Position numbers and translations under genes: made by a program. 32,000 nt of DNA, from contig MTSL01000213.1 of NCBI GenBank assembly GCA_002794465.1, forward strand, positions 52,019-84,018, written 5' to 3'. Position 1 is the stretch's first letter, and the number at the start of each line of letters is the position of its first letter. The DNA is from Paramicrosporidium saccamoebae KSL3 (Eukaryota; Fungi; Cryptomycota). The notes beneath the pieces were generated by a model that worked only from the letters and a program-made list of their open reading frames with translations, was not told the origin of the DNA and did no database searches. Shown piece after piece: positions 18,506 through 27,184 of the stretch.

Positions 18506-20074
18506 ATGTTGTTTCTGTTGTTACTTCATAGCGTAGCTGCCTTGAGCATCACTTTCGAGCCACACACACTTGCCCGAGACACTCCTGCCAGGTCCATCGG
18601 GCTCGTGTTTAAAACCTTTCGTATCAATCCGAAAAATTTGAAAACTGTGGCTGATATACTCTTATATGATGGATTCCACTATGGGCACCATTTTAATGTG
18701 CTCGAGTCAGTGAACAGATGGAGTCAGTATCAGTTCTATGTAGGATATACTGAATTACATGGAACCATTTTTTCACCTCCTAAGCTGGCGTGCAATCCTC
18801 CGCTGGAATTTTCACCCACAAAGGGCTACACAGGAGCTATTTTCGGGCCGTATAATTACCCTCCAGAAATGGACTTTGATCCAGGCGCGCTCCGCCAAAT
18901 GTTAAAGTATGGCATTACTCACCAAGTCAGCGATATGCAATCGTTAAGTCTGTTTGAGCAATTTATTGGAATGAGCAGAACTAAAGAGGCCCAATGGCTG
19001 TTGCGTCGGCTAACTGCTCGTGAAGTGTTTCCAGAACTGCTGGCCATCTTTCTTGAAGGGTGCAAAAACACTATACTTTCTTCATATCTCCACCAGGATC
19101 TTGAGCCTGATGAACGGCTAATAAGACATTTGAATGTGCATTTGGCCAAATTCAGTCACAAAGGCATACTGACTAGACGGAAAAAGAACCGCTTAGAGGA
19201 GTCATCCTTTTTTCTGGACAGTAATGGACCCCATTTCAAACTGAACACTATTGCGCGCCGACTGCTGGCATACACTAACAACAACTGCTCACACCGTGAC
19301 AGCGCTGCCCAGGCGACAGATTTTGGAGAATTGTTTGAAGGATTAAAAACGTATGCCAGCGACACGCGAGCATACTGGGGAATGATGATCACACTAATTG
19401 CAGAGTCGTTTGTGATGAAATCTGTTAGCACCGAACAGCCTAACGACGCGGTTAATTGGCTTCTTTCGAAGGATACGCAGTTCTTTCCGATTTTACCAAT
19501 GAAACTCTTGGTGTCCAGGATGCCGCAACTAGCAGACAAAGTGTCGTCACGGTATTTTCCAATCACACAATGTGAGTTGCTTCCGCGAATGCGACACTGG
19601 ATGGAAGCAAAGGTGATTCAGGTTACAAAAGACTCGATCGATTCAGAGGCAAGGTCGGTTGAAGAGATGAAATGGCTCTTCCTGGACCACATCAATGTTG
19701 GTGTATGGCCGGTGAATCTTTATTGTTCCCGGAATGGAAATCTCATGGATTGGACGATTGAAAGGGCAAATTGCATTCTGGAATCTGACATTTTCGACAA
19801 TATGTCCCAGAGCTGCTTGCAATCGTACGATTTGGTAGAGGAGGCCATGATCCTCGTCTTTGGTGTCATTCCGTATCTGCTCTTTGAGCGGCGTCGTGTT
19901 AACTTGGAAAAGTTTCTCCCTTTTCAATTGAAAACGTGGTCTGATGTGTTTACTCATCTGAAGACAATGTGTGATGGTGATCCGCGACTGGCAACGCAAG
20001 CCCAAGAGGTGCTATCACTGTCTTTGATTAGCGATTACTTTTCCCTTGATGAGATACGAACCCTGATAGGGTAG
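18506..20074 (+). CDS. Secreted family paralogue 6, 522 aa
   Basis: Signal-like MLFLLLLHSVAA. Motifs LHGTIFSPPKL, RAYWGM, VIPYLL, YFSLDEIRTLI. Confidence 0.87.
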   Translation: MLFLLLLHSVAALSITFEPHTLARDTPARSIGLVFKTFRINPKNLKTVADILLYDGFHYGHHFNVLESVNRWSQYQFYVGYTELHGTIFSPPKLACNPPLEFSPTKGYTGAIFGPYNYPPEMDFDPGALRQMLKYGITHQVSDMQSLSLFEQFIGMSRTKEAQWLLRRLTAREVFPELLAIFLEGCKNTILSSYLHQDLEPDERLIRHLNVHLAKFSHKGILTRRKKNRLEESSFFLDSNGPHFKLNTIARRLLAYTNNNCSHRDSAAQATDFGELFEGLKTYASDTRAYWGMMITLIAESFVMKSVSTEQPNDAVNWLLSKDTQFFPILPMKLLVSRMPQLADKVSSRYFPITQCELLPRMRHWMEAKVIQVTKDSIDSEARSVEEMKWLFLDHINVGVWPVNLYCSRNGNLMDWTIERANCILESDIFDNMSQSCLQSYDLVEEAMILVFGVIPYLLFERRRVNLEKFLPFQLKTWSDVFTHLKTMCDGDPRLATQAQEVLSLSLISDYFSLDEIRTLIG

Positions 20075-20315
20075 ACCTGGATTGATTTGGCCTCTAGTTT
20101 ATCTATTTTACCTGGTTGAGTTTGTGCTAGCCCATAGGTTAAAGGTTCTGTTGATGAGTGAACTGCTTTTTATTAAAGTGTATAGCTTCTTTCTAGGTAG
20201 CCATTCTTAATATAACCAAACTGGCCGGTGGGACCGCTATCTGGGTCGGACACCAACAATAAGTGGATAACAGGTTCGCTAGACAAGTTTTTATAAAATT
20301 TGTAGTGAGTGTGTC

Positions 20316-20477
20316 GCGTAGTGGGGATAAATAGTATGGACTGTCAGGCGGAAGGGGGGGGGTTTATTCACTGCTAATCCTAGAATAGTATGGATACACA
20401 TCTCACTGTCCCCAAATACCCAGCAACTAATCAACCCTCTACGTCAAATACCCAACTAATCAGTCTTCTACGTCACA
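20316..20477 (+). repeat. Dispersed non-coding element A, copy 2
   Basis: Core 20367-20409 matches 14397-14439 at 42 of 43 nt. Confidence 0.9.
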
Positions 20478-20510
20478 AGTGTATTAAAGGCCCTGTTAAA
20501 TGATATCCGA

Positions 20511-20579
20511 TTCTGATGGGTAATCTTGATAGTTATCCCACAATCCGGTGTGTTACGAGTGGTAGTCTATATGCCACAT
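20511..20579 (+). repeat. Dispersed repeat B, copy 2
   Basis: Ungapped 52/69 match to 5156-5224. Confidence 0.7.
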
Positions 20580-20640
20580 GCCTTAATCAATACCTACTTG
20601 TGAGACTAGTAATAAAGCTCTGCAGTGGGGGTTTCCTGTT

Positions 20641-20761
20641 CGTGGCTGTACTATCTCAAAACACTCTTGCACATTAACTGGTCCGTGGCTGTACTATCTC
20701 AAAACACTCTTGCACATTAACTGGTCCGTGGTTATACTATCTCAAAACGCTTTTGCGCATT
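20641..20761. repeat. 43-nt tandem repeat: two identical copies plus one degenerate partial copy
   Basis: cgtggctgtactatctcaaaacactcttgcacattaactggtc at 20641 and 20684; diverged copy from 20727. Confidence 0.95.
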
Positions 20762-20822
20762 GGCAGATCCTCTATTGAAATCTCTGAACATGTATATGAT
20801 ATACTTTGTCACATTTATCACT

Positions 20823-20830
20823 TATAAAAG
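20823..20830 (+). promoter_or_regulatory. TATA-like box (TATAAAAG) 48 nt upstream of paralogue 7
   Basis: Sequence match and position. It is the same octamer as upstream of symplekin. Confidence 0.35.
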
Positions 20831-20878
20831 GTTTTCTTAGATGTACTGTTAACAATCGTCCCCGGAGCATGCCAGGGT

Positions 20879-22393
20879 ATGAGTATCAAGTTTTTGTGGC
20901 TGGCGGGACTCGTGCTAGTGGCAGGCATAAGAATAACTACTACACCCCATGATCTCTCACTTAATTGCTACTCGGAGATTGTTGATATTATCTGCGCTTC
21001 ATTTGGACAACAATCAGCTCATGAGATGGCACAACTAATTAAAGATCCAGAACAGGTGTTTAAACAACATTACGAGGCCATTCAAGAGACACCGAGTCGA
21101 ATCGAGATGCTAAAGCTGCTGATAGGCAAGCCAGGATTGGAATCACTGTTCCGAGTAGAAAAGCAGGTTTTTAATCCCATAATCACGCAGTGGATTCTAG
21201 TTGACGGCCATGTCAGCGAACCCTTCTCCAGTAACCGCGTGGGACCCCATCTGCGTAGTCTGTTCCGCAACCCAACGCTACGTGAGCGGATTGTAGAACA
21301 TATTTTGGCACAGGAAGCAGGGACGATGGAGTCCTATGAATGGCTTGAAGCGTATCTCGAAATAGCCGAGCCTGATCAGATAACCTCAGTGTTTGAACAA
21401 CTGCAGCATGTCATGTCGCCAGTGCTACTGCTAAAATTTTTCAACGAGTTCTCAACTGGATGGAGTCTACTGCAATCCTATTTAGAGGAAGGAGGGTTAG
21501 TGCGCTATATGAATGCCACTTTGGTCTGGAAAATGTTCCGTGGGACGGCTGAGGAAATGTGGGCGCTAGAAGCTTTGATTGAGGACCATAGCCCTAATGG
21601 CGAGATGGTTTCGACCCTCCATGCTCTCTGCCAAATGCTCCAGAGAAGCAGGAAAGATGTGTCATATGTCACGGTGAGAGATGCCATTGAGGAGCTGAAT
21701 GGTCTGCGTGGGAGTTTGCCTGACACAACCGCCATTGACGGGAGCATTCTGGTACTACTGGCCGAGATCAGTGATTGCATTTTGCCAGAAGATAAGGGAA
21801 AACTCTTCCAACGCGCCTTTGAGATCACTCAACCCGCCCGCATGCCCACTTTTCTAGTACGTCGATGCATAGATGTACTGCGTCGGCAGGGCTACAATGT
21901 GTCCGAACTGTTGGAGGGATTACCCCGGGATAAATGGCCTATAGAACTGTTGTCGTTGGAGGAGCGCCGGCTTTTGTGGCTGCAACATGTGCCCATGGGT
22001 CTTCCACCAGCTGATCTAGTCGCATCTATGAGCTATTACACGCTAATAGACTCTCTCTGGGACGGCCTTATCCCCACCGGGCCCTTTAGTGATTTAGCCG
22101 TTTCTCAGCTTGATACCCAACGCTTCCCTCACGGTCTCACAGCGCGGGGATTCCGCGATATGCTGATTGCGCTTCCATACCTGGTAGCTACGAGACAACG
22201 CACGACCAAACTAGGCGGCCTATTTTTGGTTAACAGTTGGGATAGATTGCTTAGCCACGCTCGTACCGAGATGTCCCATGAGCCCCGATCGTATGAATTG
22301 GATTTGTGGCAGCAGATCATCAATGTGTCCTTTCTAAAGTATTTTTTCACTCCCAAAGAGATTTGCACTCTGGTGAGTGGCAACGACACATAA
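20879..22393 (+). CDS. Secreted family paralogue 7, 504 aa
   Basis: Signal-like MSIKFLWLAGLVLVAG. Motifs HYEAIQETPSR, WLEAYL, MSPVLL, WPIELL, ALPYL, FFTPKEICTLV. Confidence 0.88.
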   Translation: MSIKFLWLAGLVLVAGIRITTTPHDLSLNCYSEIVDIICASFGQQSAHEMAQLIKDPEQVFKQHYEAIQETPSRIEMLKLLIGKPGLESLFRVEKQVFNPIITQWILVDGHVSEPFSSNRVGPHLRSLFRNPTLRERIVEHILAQEAGTMESYEWLEAYLEIAEPDQITSVFEQLQHVMSPVLLLKFFNEFSTGWSLLQSYLEEGGLVRYMNATLVWKMFRGTAEEMWALEALIEDHSPNGEMVSTLHALCQMLQRSRKDVSYVTVRDAIEELNGLRGSLPDTTAIDGSILVLLAEISDCILPEDKGKLFQRAFEITQPARMPTFLVRRCIDVLRRQGYNVSELLEGLPRDKWPIELLSLEERRLLWLQHVPMGLPPADLVASMSYYTLIDSLWDGLIPTGPFSDLAVSQLDTQRFPHGLTARGFRDMLIALPYLVATRQRTTKLGGLFLVNSWDRLLSHARTEMSHEPRSYELDLWQQIINVSFLKYFFTPKEICTLVSGNDT

Positions 22394-22615
22394 TAATAAG
22401 CTGGTCAGTGAACACTGACGTAGTGTGATAACCTAATAAGCTGGAGAGTGGGCATTGACGCATTATAATAAATTGATGACATGCTTCAGGTTTTATATTC
22501 AAATTGCAAAGTAGACATTCAAACTCATGATCCACATTAAACATCCATAATTACATTGTAATTTAATGCAAAGATCCATTTACAGCATCTAATTTCCAAG
22601 CTCAAAGCACCATAA

Positions 22616-25600
22616 CTAGCTATTTATCAAGTTCAACTCAAGGCCAAGTAAACAAAAGGATTGCTGCACTAATGACACTACAGGCGGATCCTCTAGACGG
22701 AGACATTCGCACAATTCGGCGTAGAGATAGAACAGATGACCACGTCGCGTGTCAAGCAGCATACGTCGAGTGCCAGTACTCTCACTAGCCAACCCGGGTG
22801 GAAGAAGCAGCTCGTTTAGTGCCGAAAGTACATAGATCATCTCATCTTGACGCACCCGTGGGAACGGCATACGACCCAAAAGCGTCTTGTCGCGGGTGTA
22901 ACGTTGCATCACGTCCTGACATCGTGCCAGGAGGATCGGCAGGGCGGCATGAAGAATAGCAGATGGTAGGGCAATGAGAGATGATGGCAGAGTGAAGGAG
23001 GCGCGACTGTGGGCGGGTAATGCCTGGCCCGGGGTGCTGCGATCTGTACAAATGGAGAAGAGCGCATGAAGACACGTGATGGCCAATTTTTCCTTAATCA
23101 CGGGCTGAATGGACACGGTCATAGTGCTGGGCGAAGATGGATGTGATGCGTCAGAAAGATCCGTATATAACCGACTGGTCTGTTCCAATGCGACTAAAAG
23201 ACGCTCAATCAGGGACGGCGCCACATTTCCCATCAGCGGAAGCAGCGAATCGCGCACAAAAAGTACCTGCGTGACGTCAAAGTCCTCGTCGGCGTCCAGC
23301 TGATCCAGCGCCAGGGCTGCCGGTACCTGTGTTTTGCTGACATCCAATACATTCTCCATCAGCGTCACCACCACCGGCCATGCATTGTCCGAGGCATAAG
23401 TTGGAAGGATGGCCAATAGCACTGAATTGAGTGTTTTGGTGGCCAACTTCCATAGCGCCACTGGCCCCGGTCCCGTTGGTGCTCGGTATTTAAGAGTCAT
23501 TAGTCGTCCCAATGCCTGGATTACCACAACATAAGCCCCCTCCGTGTGCAATGTAACATCGGACGACCAATCCGCAGTTCGGATTCGCAGTCGTTCCAGT
23601 ACCACTGTCACCAATGCAATGTATGACACTTTCCCACCCGCCCCTTGTCGCAATGAGGTTCCTGTGCCGATTCGAGATCTGCGCACTGAAGTGGTCGTAG
23701 TCATTTCCACATCGGTCAGTTCGTGCAGCCATCCCATCCACCCCGCCAACTTGCGCAGATACAATGGTCGTGCCTGTTGATGGGCACCATCATAGTCCAG
23801 CAATGTGTCAACAATCTCCAGCACTGTACGCTGCAGCTCGGTCAGAGATTCTACATCTTTCACATGGTCCTCGGGAGTGGGACTTTGCAGTGCATTATCC
23901 AAAGCATTAAAGGAAGCGTTCAGCCAATCAGTATCGTCTTGCGTCTGCAACAATCCCATGATCGGCGGTAAGATTCGTACAAATTTGAGCAGACTGTCCT
24001 GGGTATAGCACGTGCTGGTGCTCTGCATCGTACCTCCAATCTCGCACCAGCAATTCCACGCCGCCCTCCATAGATTCGTTGACGGCACACCCCCTTCACT
24101 CACGAGACGTGCGAGACACGCAATCGACGCTGTTGTCAGTTCACTGCTTTTTCCGCAAAAGTCAGAAAACAGTCCCAAAAGCTTACCCCAATGCTGCTGT
24201 TCAAACTCGTCTGATTGGCTCAAAACTGGGAGGAATTTGCAGTACAATTGTGTGGTGCCCTGAATAATGAGCAGAAACGTCTCATTCCATTGTTTCTCTC
24301 CCGTGTCACGGCTGTGATGGGTCAGATCCAAGTCTTTGTCTGTGGTTGACAATGCTGGAGTTGACTTAACAATTTGTCCGTTTGGCATCTCCAGTAACGG
24401 ATCCAAATTATCCAAGAGGATCCGCTTCCATTCTTCCGTCTTCAATGACACTCCTCCAATCTCAATTGCACGTATCATTGTCTGGATTGCACTATTCCGC
24501 ACTTCGGGACGCGCATCGCGAGACAGTCCCACGAGCTGCTTGAGAATGAGCAGCCAAAGATCTTCATCGTCCCCGCTCCTTCGCACGTGATCTGCCACAT
24601 CCCACAACAGACCAATGGCCGTCAGACTAATGTTCAGGTCCTCACTGATCCGGGCAAAGTGACTGAGCACTGATACTGTCTCACTGATCGAGCTTCGTGG
24701 CAATGTTGGCAGGAATTCGGCACAAATCAGCTTGGCACTTGAAAAGGCGCTGCGCACAATGGGCAAGGACACATCGGTGGATTCGGTGGCCTTGGAGAGT
24801 ACTCTGAACACAATAGGCCATCCCTCAGTAATGTGCGGTCCAAGATGTTGCAGCAACTTTAACAACGACTCCAAAACCGTCTTGTGTACCTCAGCCCATG
24901 TGGCTGAACCATAGAAGCGCTCCAAGGCTCCCAACAGTCTTTGCTGGAGTGCAATGTTGAATTGCTCAATTGGGACGGTTGTGGAAAACTGTGTCGTCAG
25001 CAGACTGACTGTTTCACAGCCCAATCCTCGAAGAGTCACATCTGAAGTATTCAAAATTTGCTCAAGTTGGCCAATTAATAGTTCCCAACTGGCGGCTGCC
25101 ACTGTGTCATGCTTGATGAATCGCTCTACATTTAACAGCGCGACTTGTTTAAGCTTTTGTGCAGGAAATAATGCTGTGACATTACCAGTGATTTGGCATC
25201 CAAGTTGACATAACGATCGCAGAAAATACATAAATGCCTCGTTGCTGAGGGTACGACTACTTTCCATGATCCGCCTGCACAAATCAGCAATTTCGCCCAT
25301 CCTATCCATCCCAATGCTGCCCGCCTCTGCCGTCCGTCTCACCTTGATGACATTAAACTGGTCCGTGCCATGAACAACATGCAGAATGTACAACCAAGCA
25401 TCATCCAGCAATTCTCCAATCTCCCAGCCCACATTGAGAAGCATTACTGACATGGACAGATTTGCATCGCTGACCAAGAGTGATCCGTTAGACATATTCG
25501 GACTGGGCACTGCACTGACCGTCTTTGATGATCCCTGCGAGGTGGAGATTCGGTATTCAGGAAGGGCAATATCTAATAGTTCTTCCAAGGTAGCGCTCTG

Positions 25601-27138
25601 TGCCTCCTTGAAACCCAATACTGATTCTAATCGGACCAAGTCCATCAAGGCATCAATGATCTTGCCCTGCCACTCTCCATCGAGTCTGCAGGTGGATAGC
25701 ATCATGGACTGGGACTTTAAAATCGTTGCCCAGAGTACATCCAACAATCTCCTTCCCATCATAATAATATCTGACGTTTCGTCTAGTGGAACGTATTTTT
25801 TTCCATCTGTACAGTGAGGTCTAATCTCTTCCAAAAAATAATGAAGGAAACCAGAGATGCATTCGGACGCCACCAACACCAGATATGAATCATTTACAGT
25901 GGGAGGGTGGATCTTTTCTAATTGCTGACTGATAGATACCTTTAAAGAAACTTGAGAATAAATCATCTCTATGCCGTGCAGCCTGACACCCGTTCCCAAA
26001 ATCAGATTATTAATCGAAATGAACAAATCGGGTAGGAGCTTTGACTCGATCTGGCCCTGTCTACAGGCAATTTCCATGTGCGACACCAGACCTGGATCGC
26101 CAAGAATTTCCCTAAATGTTTCCAACACCAATGCACGTTCCCAAGGAACGTCACTCTCCTCAAGTAGCCGTACGGCACAGGAAACGAAAATTTCCGTCTC
26201 GGTGGCAAAAATATCGTAGAATTCCCGGATCAGCGCCGACACGACCTTCCAAAGTCGACAGGTTTGCGAAAAATCGCTCCTCTCGGTCAACTTTTTCAGC
26301 ACCATGGGACAAACCTTTTCCCTGATCAGGCTGGCAAATACTTGATGTCGACGCATCACCCGAGAATTGTACAAAAGCACCGACTCTATCAATTCTAATC
26401 CAAAGGACTTGTTCAACGACTTTAACGGAAGCTTTAGGGGCGGTTCATCCACCACCAGCAAACAAATGTCCTGCATGATTATATAAGCATCCGCCGAGAT
26501 GGGCCGAAGAGATGCCTTTTCCCCATTATACACCGCAATAGTCACCAGCGTCACCTGCTCATCCAGGACAGGCTCGCCATCTTCCTCTACCACCCGTTCA
26601 AATAGCCAAATTACCAATTGTCTAATAATGGCAACTGCCGCATTAATCACTGTGGGAGAGCGACAGGCTTGCAGTTTAAAACAAATCTCATATGCCTTGA
26701 AGAGATCCTCACCCTGACAGGTGTAATGCGTAAGTAGTGGCATGACGCATTGCAGGGCACGCAATTGGACATCGTCAGTCTGGCCGACAGTGCGGTCCAA
26801 CACTGTTAGTACAACGGGGAGCGCAGAGGCTGGCAGGGCTGCATGAGCCACGAGTCGGTGGAGCAGGGCGACAATGTGCGACATCAGCCGGGCTGCCTGA
26901 CTGCACGTACTGGCCAGTTCCAACACCCGAGCGACATTAACCTGTTCGGCCAGCACCTGTGGCAGATTCCCAGTCGAAACATCTTTTAGCGTCTTCAACT
27001 GTGTCAAGACATCATCAGTTGCCTAGCCATCATACTAAAATTCTCAGGAGGTACAGTCTTGACTTCAGGACACTTTCTACGCGTCTCCTGAGAAATGGTT
27101 GTGAGCTCAGACTGCATAAAGGCCAGCAGTGAGGCCAT
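22616..27138 (-). CDS. MON2: Mon2 (Sec7/ArfGEF-related endosomal scaffold); exons 27055-27138 and 22616-27022; 1496 aa
   Basis: The spliced N-terminus MASLLAFMQSELTTISQETRRKCPEVKTA is typical of Mon2. Other motifs: VQLRALQ, FGLELIESVL, NISLTAIGLLW, RPEVRNSAIQT, WNETFLL. Confidence 0.92.
27023..27054 (-). other. 32-nt spliceosomal intron in MON2
   Basis: gtacctcctgagaattttagtatgatggctag; phase 0; links a 28-codon ATG exon to the long ORF. Confidence 0.85.
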
Positions 27139-27184
27139 GTTGTGTGGAATTTTGAAAACTGAAATTGTTTACTCTTAACATTAA

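Noticed and set aside
8818-20837. Identical 14-mer ataaaaggttttct upstream of paralogues 1 (8818) and 7 (20824)
   Set aside because: A 14-nt match is expected about once or twice by chance in 32 kb. The distances to ATG differ widely, and it is absent before the other paralogues.
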